Part shown: positions 25,901-38,300 of the stretch, in pieces
How the letters are laid out: every line of letters starts with the position of its first letter
How positions within the stretch are numbered: position 1 is the first letter of the stretch
NCBI GenBank assembly: GCA_000002445.1
Contig: CP000067.1
Coordinates: 1 to 64,000, forward strand
Source of the DNA: Trypanosoma brucei
Taxonomy: Eukaryota
Length of the DNA: 64,000 nt
Direction of reading: 5' to 3'
Notes under the pieces: model-generated
Told to the model about the DNA's origin: nothing
The model's input: the letters and a program-made list of their open reading frames with translations, nothing else
Databases searched by the model: none
Program-made: the position numbers and the translations under genes

Positions 25901-27787
25901 AGGGGAATGTAAGTTTCGTTGATTAAACATTTCATGGCGCATCATTACCGAGTTTTTTGTTATGAACCCATAATTAACCATGAGACAGGTTTTTACGACT
26001 CATAATCCCTGCATAAATGCAATGCACTGAAGGAATGTAATTTTATTTATTTTTTATTACTACCATTTTTATTATCAGTATTAATATTCAGGTTTTCATT
26101 CATCACTATTTTATTATTTATATTTTCTTTCCAACATCTGTTTCAAGCAACATGGTCGATTGGAATTAATGTAGACATCAATGGTTAGAGAAACTTTGAT
26201 TTGCTTTGACCGTGCAGATGCGCAAAGTTCAAAAGGTTTCAGAAAGGTGTTGGGGAACTTTAACCATATTTTTTTATTACTGAATTATTTCTCTAAAATG
26301 CTTTTTTTCTTTTGTATTGCACTTACATTCAAAACCATTTGGACAGCGCTTTGAAGGCAGTCAAGTGGCGTATGGAAATATTTGCGTATTGGCGTTTTTT
26401 TAACGTATGAGTGTTACGTTCCTAACGGTGATGGAAAAAAGTAACATATGAATGTGTGTTCAATAATAATAATAATAATTAAATGCCAAGTTCTCTTACT
26501 TTCTGTATCAAATAGTGAGTCTTTTTTCTAATATCATTTTTTCAAATGCGTATCGAGGTTTAGGAGGCACAATGTTGCTTAAAACTCAACTCTCACGAAA
26601 ATGAGACAAATTAAGGGAAGCTTCTATCGCAGCCACCATTTCCATGTGTGCAACAGTAAGCGAGTCATCGTAACAATTTTTTTTTTTGCGCGTGTGAAGT
26701 GTGAAATCCTCATGAGAACTCAAAATTTACCACAATAATACTCATTATGCAAGGTGCTTTGAGTGGGGAAGGCGGCGCAGACTCAAATATCCAAAACAAT
26801 TTATTTTCCCATATGGCGGAACGAACGGATGCTGTAGTGAAACATACACTACAAAGCGAGAAAAGTATATCTCCGGGTGCCGACACTCTCCAACGATGTG
26901 AACACAAAACCCTTCATTTACGAACAGGAGGCTTCAGTTTGTTTATTTGTTTGTTTGTTTTTGAATCCATTCCTCACATCAGCGTCCAACATTAAATACA
27001 GGGAATTCAGAAACTTTATCATGACCATTATTGTTGTGTCTTGTAAGATGATACATATTTTATGATAGGAACTTACTGGTCACCAGCAGTCAACAAAGAA
27101 ATACGAAAGAATACAACAGTGATAAACATATATTACCTTGAAGTCACATGTGTACATTTGCACGGAATTAGCTCAGTGGTGTTTGCGAACTCAGAGAATA
27201 AGGAAAAGCGGCAGTCAGATGAAATGAATAAAATACCAAATTTCGTGCATCAATTAATATATTTGAAAATAGAATCTCATGCTGTATGGTCCTTAGAGGC
27301 ATGAAAATAGATTCAATAACGCTAAGGTGTGACAGTGTTGAGGCATCTGTTAATCAACATGCGTTGAAAGTGGGGGAAATGTCAGTGAATATCTGAGGTA
27401 GCGCCAAACTATTTTTTTTTAATGGCCACAAAATGCTGCAGTAGAGCAGTGTGGAAATAATTTCATTGGATAGAAAAATGTGTGAGGAAAGTTTATTAAA
27501 TTTGTTTGAGATTTATAACTGTTCTACCTGAGTAACTGTGTGCGTGCTTTAGTACAGGAATCCCTTTGCGATAAAGCTTCTGTATCCTTTACAAAGGAAA
27601 CGGTAAGAAGTTACATTAGTTAAAAGAGTAAAACAAATATTTTAATCAAGAACAATATTCAATGTTTTGCTTCAGGACAAAAAAACACTTATTCTGGGAA
27701 AAAAGCGTCTGAGGGAACGTGAAGCAAGGGTTGATAATGTTTTCAGTTTATATGGCTCCCTATGCAATGCAAAGTGAAGTCACATTA

Positions 27788-28255
27788 TAATGGACAACGA
27801 AACTCAACCATTGGGAATGAGGATGGTTGATGGAACGCGTGGTGATGATGTAATGTGGAAGAATGAAGAACTTAATCTTGTCCCTAAAATTGAGGAAGCT
27901 GTTGAGAAGAAACCAGAACGCAGGGAAGAAGTTGAAGCAATGGTTCTAACATCTCAAATGTGGTGATAATAAGCTAAGTTTACCAACGGAAGTAACAAAA
28001 ACATATTCATCCATAGAGAAGAGCTCCGTGTATGGAATGTTGTAAGGAATGGAATTGAATTATGGCGTACACAGCGTGCTTTACCGAGATGTCTTTATTT
28101 TCCACGAGCATACGCTGCCATTGTTGACCCTGGGATTGGTAAATCTCAGAATTTTGGTTTTTTCATCCTTTACAAGTTATTGCATTGCGATGCGGAAGAG
28201 TTGCCTATTGTTGCGTATTTCTGCGGTGTAGCCGCATATGTATTTGAAACCAACT
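27788..28255 (+). pseudogene. RHS: RHS gene fragment (about aa 58-215 of a 49436-type RHS) on the opposite strand to all other RHS copies, truncated at both ends and frameshifted
   Basis: Translation MDNETQPLGMRMVDGTRGDDVMWKNEELNLVPKIEEAVEKKPERREEVEAMVLTSQMW and then, in another frame, ...IFIHREELRVWNVVRNGIELWRTQRALPRCLYFPRAYAAIVDPGIGKSQNFGFFILYKLLHCDAEELPIVAYFCGVAAYVFE. This parallels IIDDGTQPLGMTLVDG...FIRREELRVWNVVRSGIELWRTQRVIPGCLYLPRSYVAIGNPGIGKSQNLGSFILYKLLHYDAEELPVVAYFRGVAAYIFE of the ORF 49436..51463. Confidence 0.75.
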
Positions 28256-31200
28256 GACGGACCCTTCGGCATGATCAAGGGAGATAGAAGGTACGCAGCT
28301 TTCATGCTGGACGGAAGCTTCCCAAGCATTAGTCATTTTTTCTGCTACGCGTTTAATGAAAGTGTGCGTTTATCTGAGTTGTCTGTGAATTGGGGAAGCG
28401 CTTCGACCAGTTCGTTTAATGAGCAAACTCCCATGGCAGAGTGTTGAACACACCTCATTGCGATGTCGGAATCCGGTGCATCTTTGAGAGGGGGGGGGAG
28501 ATTAAATGTTTGCGCGCATCCCCTCTTAAGGATTGCGGCAGTCGGACAGTAACGGACTGCCAGGGGGAGCAGGAAAAGCGGTGAAACCGTCGGTTTTCGG
28601 GACGGTGGGAAGCATCGGTGTGATCCTCCACGTGTGCAAACATGATTCTTTCGGTATCTTTAGAGCGCTCTCAATGTTGAGATTGGTTGTGATGAGCAGA
28701 ATACAGGTCTGATCTCAGGTGAGTCGCAGCGGAATTCCAGGGAACTCTCCCGGCCGAAAAGGATCACCTAAGCAAATAACTGCGCGAGAAAAGGGTAACT
28801 GCCACATTTTGCACGAAACGTTATCATCAGAGTCGGAGGCGGATTCCACAGTGATGACCGGATGTCGGAAGATTGATATAGCATGACCCCTTAAGGGTCC
28901 ATAAGCGTGGAGATTGGCAAAGGATGGGATCAGTGTGTCGAAGGTTCGCAGAAAAAACAAACGAGCGAGTACTAAATACGATCGGTTGTTCCAATTGTCA
29001 CACTGGAGCTGCTAATTGCATCTGTATCAGCGTTTTTACACAAACGAAAACAATAACAAAGAGAGAATCTGTCATACGCTGACCGACGGAACGTTTCAAA
29101 ACAGCCGGGCACGGGATCCAACTACAACATCTGTCAACGGATGATGATGTGCTGTGCAATGGCCCTCGCGGTACATGATGGAAATAGCCGGTACGAGGAA
29201 TGACGCGAGAACGTCCCATGTGTAACTGGTTTTCACCTCAAGTCATGGTCATCTACAGGTTATGTGGAATAGATGAAAATAATAGGGAATTGTGAAAAAA
29301 AGAGTTTGAAAAGAGTTTTTCGCTGTCATCGTCATTATTCTTCGGAAAGTCAGCGTATGGGTTGTTATTATGGCGGCGCGAACTAAACCAGTCCGACGAC
29401 GGTCACTGCATTTTCCTCCCTCGCGACTACTGATATTTTCTCCGCTTTGTCCTTTTCCAAACATTTTTAATTCGTGAAGGTCTCACCATCTTTCCACTTC
29501 TTCCGGTAATACTCTCTGCACCTGCGTGTTTGCCTCCACACTCGCTGCGGTTTTCCACTTCAGATTGTGGCCAGTAGCCTTCTCAGCTCGTCTTGCCATT
29601 TGTTTGGCTGTGCTCGCGCCTTCCGGCATTCTGTTGAAAGCTGCGTCTTCCTTCTGTTCCCGATGTCAACGACTGCTGTCCTTTTTACCTTTGCAGAATT
29701 CGCACGCTCTCAAGAATTTCCTGACATTTTGCACCTCTTCCCAGTTCTCTCACCCGCGTCGTGATCACCCCAATACCTGCGCTACGATAGCGTGACGGTT
29801 TTTACCATGCGCCTCGTCACCGAATCTAGCGCCGGTGTTTCCCGCGCCTGTGAACTTTCGCCCATGGTGCCCACGGCAAGTCGTTTCTCAACGATCCTTA
29901 TTTCGCTGCATTTGCAAGTTGCCGTTGGCTCTCTTTCCCGCTTGGCGTCATGACAACAATGGCTGCGTTCGGCTTTGGCATATGGCTTGTGTACAGCATC
30001 TCTTTTTTCGTTTATTCCTTCCGTGTGTCGAGAGAATGCTGCCGTTGGCATTGACGTTCCTGAACTCAGCAAGCTCCTGCGATCACTCACTTTCGTGAGT
30101 TCCATCAGCCGTAACTGTTGTGCTCTCGAGCTTGGCGTTGTGCTTTCGGTTGCTTAGCGTCCAATTAAACTGCCACGGCCATGGGCGTTTCCTGAGCAAC
30201 AATGCGTTTCTTCATACAAGCAACATTAGACTTACATTGTTGTGTCGTATGTGACGGAGGAAGACGCAGCTACGGTTTCAGGGTGGTGAACTCCGTTCGT
30301 TTGTTTTTATCATCGGTGGCAAATTCGATTACGCAGTTGTTTTACCCTTCTGTAGCTTTCCCTTCCCCAGTTTCAACTGTACATGTTTTCCTCAAAGTCA
30401 TTCCCATCTGACAAGTTTGTTTTTTTTTCCTTCCTTTACCACTTCCAACAAACAGAACGCCGTCCGCGACACAACTACACCTCTTTTCCCCTTTCCTTCC
30501 CGACCAAAGAACATCGTTGAAAGTTCAATACTTTCAATGCAACTTTAACGTAAGAAGTTTTTTGGCAGCGATGCCTGAGAATAGTCAAGTCTCACTTCTC
30601 CACAACACAGTAATAGAAAAAATATACCATAATTATAAAGAGTGCCTTCGTACAAACGAGTTTTACTGAAATATAAGTCACATCGTAAACGAAATTTATT
30701 GATACTTATCTAACCGCCTCTATTACTTACGAAGCGAAAGTGTCTGAAAGTGTCCTTAACCCGCTTCCCGTGCTCCCCTTTACTTGCTCTTTGGACACCC
30801 ATGGGGTTATCTTTCTGAGATCACGTGAAACTCCATGAAGAATTAATCTTTCCATCTCGCAGCACACTCCATCTATGGCTAAAGCCTCATGAATCATGGC
30901 ATTGGAATGTGTGTTGCAATTCCCACCATATTTTTAAAAAAAATAATATGCATCATACTTGTGTTGACTACTCATACATGTAAGAGACTCTTCAATCTCT
31001 TTCATAAGGCAAATATTCACAAGTGGACCGCAGTTTCACAAGTAGCACTTGCAGTAAAGAACTTCTCTTCCGAATTGATAAATAATAAAACCACTCCCAT
31101 CATCTTTGCATGGAAGCGTCCGCTATCATCATGGCCACAGTTGCAGCAACTCGCTACTTGCTCACTGGTTTTTTCTCTACAAAAATGCACATCCATTGTT

Positions 31201-32425
31201 GTGTCAGCTGTAACGCATATGTGTGTGTGTCTGTGTGTGGTGGCACGGTTAAATTATTGGGTCGCATCAGGACCGTATTGCATCATGACAAATATGATGT
31301 TACCATTTAAAAAACAAGTAGCAGTAGTAGCAAGGAGAAAGCTATTGTTTTTTCTCACTGCTGCCACGTACATCATGCGTGATACAACAGTTTTCATTTA
31401 TTCTATGGTAGATTTTTTCATATAGCAAGGGATACTCCTAATTGTTGTGTCACTTTCGTTGTCCTAGCCATACTGTCTGCTTTTCATGGTTAAACTAAAA
31501 CTCCAATGAAATCGCATTGTTGTGTCATCTTTTGCAGATCAACAATGATTGTGCCCCATATTCCTCCATGGTGGTAACTATTTTGTTTCCACGACATTTA
31601 ACCACTTTACGTGGCTCACCGATACATATGTTGCATATCCATGTTTGAGTCCTCAATATTTCAGGGTTCGATTGCTGCAACTTTACGACATCGGCGCCAT
31701 CTGAAAAAACTCTTGTAATGGTGTGTAAAACTCCAGTGCTTCCTTTATTAACTGATGGGGAGTCGATTCAAATTCACTAATTCCTCATTTTAGTTAAGGC
31801 ATCGGAACCCTGCCCGAATATTCTCAGGTAACTTCACTTGGGAGAGGAACGACTTTAGATCAAACAATTCCACCGACTGGTCATGGAGAGTATTTAAATA
31901 CTGGGAAAAGTGACACAATGGGAGATATGCCTCATAATCATCCCTGCTCTTTTTAGCCTTTGGTCATGCAATAAATCAACGCCTTCTTCCAAATCTGTGT
32001 TTCCTCCATCACAAAGAATAGCACATAACCCATCCTGTCGTATGTCTCTCTGAAACTGTGCTAATGATACGCGGCTGCTTAATTATTTGGGCATCCTTTT
32101 CTACAATGGGCAATTCAGATTTCCCTGTTTGATACTTTCTTTCTTTCCACATCATCTGTGCTATTCATGATGCTCCAAAACCTCATCAAATCGTTTACTC
32201 ACTGCTTACATCATCCTCTGTCGTATCCACGAAAAGGAAATTATTCCCACATTCATTTCCTATTGGAAAGGTGAAGTCTTTTTTCCTCCACTTTCCGTGA
32301 GGTCACCTTTATTTCCCCTTGTGAGTGTCAAGGAATGCTGTGCAATCGATAATTTGGGAAGATATTCCCTGTTATAAGTCCCGGCTTCCCTCACACTGAG
32401 TCCGCCCATTCCTTCAAATTGTATC

Positions 32426-32902
32426 TTACATCAAAAACATTAAAAGAATCGACTTGCTGACGGCAGCTGTCACATATCTGAGATACCACACTGTGCTTCG
32501 TTGGAGTTCTATTGTGTAGATGTGCTTTCCCAATTGTATTAATAATATGTTGTCAATGTCGTGTTCCATTGCAACTACTTCCGCTGCGCGTGTCAGCAGT
32601 GCTCTTCTCTTTATGGGATGTTCTATCATTACGTATGGTCTTTTCAGTATGGTGTCATTTTCCGCTTTGTGGTAATGGCTATGAACTTCTTCCCCTTTCC
32701 TCCAGAGGTTCCTCCCTATGACTTTTCTCACACTGGCAATATCCTTTTCCCAGTTGATAATTACGCATCGTGCGATTCTTTGGGTATCGCTTTTGAATTT
32801 CTTTGAAAGTTTCCCTCCAAACCCACTATTGAGGCTTGCTTTTCGTATGAGTGTGGTATAACATTTTCCTTTTTGGGGAGCTGTATAATTTCTTTTTGCC
32901 AT
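32426..32902 (-). CDS. Hypothetical ORF (158 aa, basic) in the convergent strand-switch region; no recognisable family
   Basis: This is the longest ORF in the AT-rich interval 23000..33200. It has no motif I recognise and could be spurious. Confidence 0.15.
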   Translation of the reverse strand: MAKRNYTAPQKGKCYTTLIRKASLNSGFGGKLSKKFKSDTQRIARCVIINWEKDIASVRKVIGRNLWRKGEEVHSHYHKAENDTILKRPYVMIEHPIKRRALLTRAAEVVAMEHDIDNILLIQLGKHIYTIELQRSTVWYLRYVTAAVSKSILLMFLM

Positions 32903-33230
32903 CGCATGGCTGGGTGTAATTCAGGTCACTACTCATATTGCAACTGGATACCACTCTGGACGGAACTTCCTGCAAGATATTATCGAATCCCCATTACAAC
33001 ATGTGTTGTGTTTGTTTGATGGGTTCACCTGTTACCGTATTGTAAAGACGGACCCAAAAACAACATCCGCGTCGGTGTGTCCAATAGAAATGATGGAAGA
33101 ACTCTCCTGTACTGAAATGGCAATGCTCTTTGCTAGTCGTAAACTTACAACAACAAATAGAAGTGTAGTTGCATCCTATGCTGGCATGCGGTAATGATTT
33201 TCTGCCAATGCATAAAAACTCCACATGATG

Positions 33231-34906
33231 AATTCCCTATCGCTCACATGTTTTAGTCCTCAGCCACACTCACTTTGCTATTCTGTGGGCTCCTGAAACC
33301 AATGCCATGATGTACAGACAGCTTTGTATTTGGGAACTGCAATAAAAATAAGAATAATAATAATAACTCCTTTCACCAATGAGTTTACTATTGGTTGTAA
33401 AAGTGCTCTTGGTGTCACCCCATTATTCTTTTTTGAGTCCCCACCTGTTGAGAGCCGCTGTATTTTTTAAAAAGAGTGATGCACCGTTTTATTCCCCACC
33501 CCTTTCAGGCGACTTTCTCCCGCACAGTTGATACTTTCCCATTGTAGAATGTTTCTCAATGTGTTTCCTTTGTGAAGCTTTGGTTATGCTATAATTAAAG
33601 ACCACTCAACTCCCTGCTTCCGGGACCTGTTGTTGCATTTATTCCCCTTTAGTTGCTGCAAATTTGTTTACTTGACAAGTTGTACTGCAATACTTCACTT
33701 GACCATATGTGTAACATCGTGTCTCGTTGCTTTATTTAAAATTCAAAAAGAACACATCAGGTGATATTCTTCTGTTCTTACTTCGTACATTCACGCCTCT
33801 TCCCGTCAGTTCGGAAACTCCCACTCAAACTCACCACTCTGTGAAGATTTGTAGTTTCCGTTAGTGATGGGTGTACTGAAGTGGACATGTTTGGCACTTC
33901 AAAACTAAGTTTTTTAAACTTACACCTTCCTTCCTGCATACAGCTTCAGTGCGAGAGTAAAAGAATAGTTGAGCACCATGAGAAAACATAAGCCCAAAAC
34001 ATTCTCAACGCAAGCTTTCAATAAAAACAAACACATTAAGATGGTTTCGTGAACACATGCAGTATAGTCCCTAGCAAAGGTATTATTCACACCCAATAAA
34101 CAACTCAAACAAATAACACCACCATACATATCGCAGACATATAAGTTGCACCTGCACAAATAAATAAAGGCTGCTGTAACTCATCATGTGTAAAATATTA
34201 TGAGCACAAAAACACAAATGTCCTTGATCTTCCATAAATGTATAGCACAATATTATTTTGCATTATCATCGGAAAAAAAATGTATATTGATATATATATT
34301 CAGCCAAAAGTCAAGGGCGTGGTCTGGCCTATTATAACTGTAAATGCGTGCATGTTCTGTTATTATTGTTTCCCATTGTAAAATGAAGATACCTGAAGAT
34401 GTGAGGAAACGTCTCCATAAATGCTTATGATGCATCAAATAATTCTCTCGTAAAGAAAGGAGCGAGCAAATGCTCAGTACACGTGTCCCTATTTGTGTCT
34501 GTCAATGAAGGTCCTCTTGAGTGGAGTAAAGAAAAAACAAAGAAAAATCAAGAAGCATATGATGTAATTGGTGAGACATAATGAAATGACCCAACAAGAG
34601 GGAAAGGAAGTTACATGCCTTCACTACAGTCATACAAATAAAGCCAGACCCTTCACACTCGTTTCACAATGTTCTGTCGTATCGCTCTGTATAAACAAAA
34701 TACTAGTAGGAAAGGGAAATGTAAGAAGAGAGCAAAAAAGTATCAAATAGTTCGAGGGTTATCGACACTCAGCTACGTGGAATGATACGTATCGTCAATG
34801 TGTGTTTGAAATGCTCACCATCCTAATGAACTTACTCGTGTGTTACTTAATCCTGGGAAATACTTCTCTGTTCGCTCAAGTTACCTGACAACTCTCCTTC
34901 CGCACC
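33231..34906. repeat. RHS 3'-flank dispersed repeat, copy B (see 1..1681)
   Basis: Near-identical to 1..1681 and begins with the same GAATTCCC. Confidence 0.9.
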
Positions 34907-36946
34907 CTATGCATTGTTACCACCTCTATTGTTAACTCCATTGTTATTGTTACCTCTTACTTGCAATTCAACGTATAGTGCAGTAATGTGGTTACTAAGA
35001 GAAACTGAGAATTGACGCACTTTCTCTCTCCAAAATCTTTCCTCAACCTTATTATTTTGTCCTTCACCTTCGATTGTCCCCTCACAACATTGTGGCTTCG
35101 TAATTTTTTCACTGTCAACCCTTTGGACATATATTATTTCCCATACCATATCATTGGAAAAATTGTCCCAATGTTTGAAGTAACTTCGCAAATACTTCTT
35201 CATCTTAAATAACCCACTGGTGCTGCAGTATTGTTTATCGGAAATTGTGAATTGTAGTCCCACAAAAGTCTTCTGGTTCTCAACAAAAAAAAACGCATCA
35301 ACAACTGGGAAATTTCCTGATTGCGGCTTGCACAAAATCATGTATTGAATTTCAGTTCCAGCTACAATTGGAACATCCTCAGGAACCACAATCGAAGGAC
35401 CAATGAGTCTTGGTTCTTGCAGCACCTGCAGCACACTTTGTGGAATTTGATCCTCAGAAAGTGAGAGGCCCCGTAACTCCTTTGCCAGCTCAATTAGTGC
35501 ATCCTCATGTGACAATACTTCAATGCCACTCTGCTTGAAACGATAAGCAGCAAGGGTACGGTTAGACAGCAGTTCAGATACTAAAGCAGACTTTTCCTGT
35601 ATAAAAGGTTTCAGTCGATCTGAAATAGCTTCCCCCGTGCAAGATGAAAGTGGCTTGCAGCGATACGTATCACACAGGAGAAAATCCTCTTCCTTCACTC
35701 GAACAACCATCACCAACTTGTGTGATGCTTCATGTGTTTCCCAAAAGGCTCGGTTTCGAATAACGGAACGAAAATACTCAGTATCTCCACGTTCAAGTTT
35801 CAAAATAGTATTTTGCATTGCTTGAGCACGCTTTTCGTACGAACGTAAATCAACAATGTGACAAAGCAGTGGACCAACGATACGAATGCGAGCTTGAATT
35901 TCTTGCCATTCTCTTTCAATTTTCTCTTTCGCATCTGAAGGACTCCACTTGTAAGCAGGAGCAATTTTCCCCCACCTCGATATGTGTATGGCTTCCAAAT
36001 CCTTCAATGTGTCACAGTTTATGTAAATATGTGTGGCGCCGTTTTGCTTGGACCATTCATGGAATTGTCTGGCGTCTGGAAAACTCAAAGCAATACCGGA
36101 AAAATCAACAGGTGGTTTCACTGGAGCATGATGGTCCTTGTCCACGACGAATATAAGGTATCCCTTGATATCCTCTGCGCCACATGAATCTCTGACTATA
36201 TGGTCAATATATGTTGAAGCTTGCTCATAATTACTGTAAAACGTAACATATCCTGCTCGACCGCCTTTGGGTTTATGAAACACATACGCCTTACCCCTCA
36301 CAACGTATATGATAATCTGAAGTTGACTCGATTCATAATGCAGTAGTTTGTATAACAGAAAGGGTGCTGTGGAAAACGATTTACCAATACCAGGTGTACC
36401 AATAAGAACATGAAACATCGGGTTGACAGTCACTTCACCCATAAGCCACTTGTTAAGCCGTTCCTCAACCTTATGCCACACCCTCAGTGTTTCCCTGCGG
36501 ATATAAACATCACTTTTAAAAACATACTCCACACCCTTCTTGTGATTGATATCATAATCTTTTTCTTGTGGTTGGAAAGACGTGTATGGCCAACCCACTT
36601 GAGATGTGAGCACAGCAATCTCCAAGTTACCGTGACGAGGAAGAGGTTCGTTCATAGTTTCCAGAGTGTGACTGACATCAACCTCCTCCTTCGTCCACAT
36701 GCGCGGTGGCCTTCCATCGAACACTTTCATTCCAAGTGGCTCTTCATTATAACCCGACATTACATAGCTCCACGTCGCATTATAAATGTAATCGTATAAT
36801 TTCTCTTCGAGAGACTTGCCCTTTCCGGTTTCTGATGGGTTCTCGTTTTCTCGGCTGGCTTGTCTCTTCATTGGGCGGTACGCACCATTCAACCATCCAT
36901 TTAAAATATTCCGAGTATCTCCTACACTACCGCCGTTCTGATTCAT
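34907..36946 (-). CDS. RHS: RHS (retrotransposon hot spot) protein, apparently intact (679 aa); type B N-terminus (MNQNGGS...) joined to a core close to that of the 1682..4715 copy
   Basis: Uninterrupted ORF with the P-loop GTPGIGKSFS followed by an intact, uninserted hot-spot 12-mer (tgtataacag at 36346..36355). The conserved C-terminus ...HITALYVELQVRGNNNNGVNNRGGNNA is shared with the 1682.. copy. Confidence 0.85.
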   Translation of the reverse strand: MNQNGGSVGDTRNILNGWLNGAYRPMKRQASRENENPSETGKGKSLEEKLYDYIYNATWSYVMSGYNEEPLGMKVFDGRPPRMWTKEEVDVSHTLETMNEPLPRHGNLEIAVLTSQVGWPYTSFQPQEKDYDINHKKGVEYVFKSDVYIRRETLRVWHKVEERLNKWLMGEVTVNPMFHVLIGTPGIGKSFSTAPFLLYKLLHYESSQLQIIIYVVRGKAYVFHKPKGGRAGYVTFYSNYEQASTYIDHIVRDSCGAEDIKGYLIFVVDKDHHAPVKPPVDFSGIALSFPDARQFHEWSKQNGATHIYINCDTLKDLEAIHISRWGKIAPAYKWSPSDAKEKIEREWQEIQARIRIVGPLLCHIVDLRSYEKRAQAMQNTILKLERGDTEYFRSVIRNRAFWETHEASHKLVMVVRVKEEDFLLCDTYRCKPLSSCTGEAISDRLKPFIQEKSALVSELLSNRTLAAYRFKQSGIEVLSHEDALIELAKELRGLSLSEDQIPQSVLQVLQEPRLIGPSIVVPEDVPIVAGTEIQYMILCKPQSGNFPVVDAFFFVENQKTFVGLQFTISDKQYCSTSGLFKMKKYLRSYFKHWDNFSNDMVWEIIYVQRVDSEKITKPQCCEGTIEGEGQNNKVEERFWREKVRQFSVSLSNHITALYVELQVRGNNNNGVNNRGGNNA

Positions 36947-37390
36947 TTCACTGTCCGAATAATAGCCTTAATTGAGTGTGTTGTGTTATTTCCTTTCTTT
37001 GTAACATAAATTAAAAAAAGAGATTAAAAATAGGGGAATATAAAAAGATACACTTCTAAACCAAATTACAATCAATGAATATTAGGAATTAATATGGAAG
37101 ATGAAAACTATTTATTGAAATTAGGATTCAATACAAATCTTATCATGTGTTGGGGTGTCACAGCAACTTAAGCACAAATAAGGTATGACAGTATGAATAA
37201 ACATTTCTGTTGGGAGTAAAACTCAAACAACAATTCCCAGTTACTGCACACAATCATTTCAGAAAAAATAATATACTTACATATATATGGGTATGGAAAA
37301 GCAAAAAAAATAAATAAATGTGGCATTGCCATGAAAAACAGCATATAATAGCTTTACTGATAAGCTATGCAAAACGTAGAATACTCGGTT
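36947..37390. repeat. Conserved RHS 5' flank, type B; almost identical copy at 51464..51905 and a more diverged copy at 42103..42520
   Basis: Direct reading: cactgtccgaataata.ccttaattgagtgtgttgtgttatttcctttctttgtaacataaattaaaaaaagagattaaaaataggggaatataaaaagatacacttctaaaccaaattacaatcaatgaatattaggaattaatatgg... appears in both copies. Confidence 0.85.
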
Positions 37391-37569
37391 GCATACAAAA
37401 TAGTAAGTGCCTTACTTACCTTACAAAATTAAAAAAATACTAAAAGTAACGATAAATATAAAACATTATCTTCACAATTCAAAACAGACGCGTATTAAGC
37501 AAGAGAAAATAATGCATATAATCTCATACATATGTGACGATGAGTTTTACATATGATAATACAAATGTG

Positions 37570-38300
37570 TCACATCATATGGGTATTGCATGCAGTACAA
37601 TTTAAAGGAAGTGTAACTCATATAACATTTTCAAAAAAAAAGGTATTGAATGGTTGTTTGCTACCATCAATTACATTTCCAACGCCTGATTACACTTTTA
37701 TATGCATGAAGGAAGTTACTGATCATAACTTTGACATGCTCGAGAATTCATAACACAAAGCGACTGCTGCATGCAATAAAAAATAAAAATAAAAATAACA
37801 TCCGAATTAATTTACTGACAGATGAGTGCAATTCATTCATCCAAACTTCATAGCTGTAAACATAAACTCGCTGTTGCCAATAGGAAATAATCCCGCATAA
37901 ATATTGAGTATCTGAAAATGATAGCAACGGGTTTCCATTTTTGAAATATATGCATAAAATACATGAGGTATATGAAGCCATATTGGTAAAGTGTCACTAC
38001 ACATGTTGCAATTTACTATCAGAAGTGTCTGCCTTATTTTATTTCTTGTGTTACTGTAACTCATGAGTATTATTCATTATTCTGTACAATACAACTGTAA
38101 GTCATTTTGCATTTTTACATATTTTATTATTCTCTCATACTGGAAGTGTTCCACATATAAGATTCCTCAATATCGTTCACAAAATAAAAATAATTTCATT
38201 TCCTTCTGCATTCAGTTTCTCGTGTAGCAGTGTGTACAGTAATCATCCATAAAGTCTTTAATTTGCCAAATACATCATTACGAAACTATTTTCATACACA
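37570..38300. repeat. Second copy of the approximately 750 bp dispersed repeat seen at 6150..6900
   Basis: See 6150..6900. Confidence 0.8.

Noticed and set aside
27160-27200. tRNA-like D-loop motif ttagctcagtggtg
   Set aside because: No matching acceptor stem, anticodon arm or T-arm (GGTTCGA…CC) follows, so this is a chance match.
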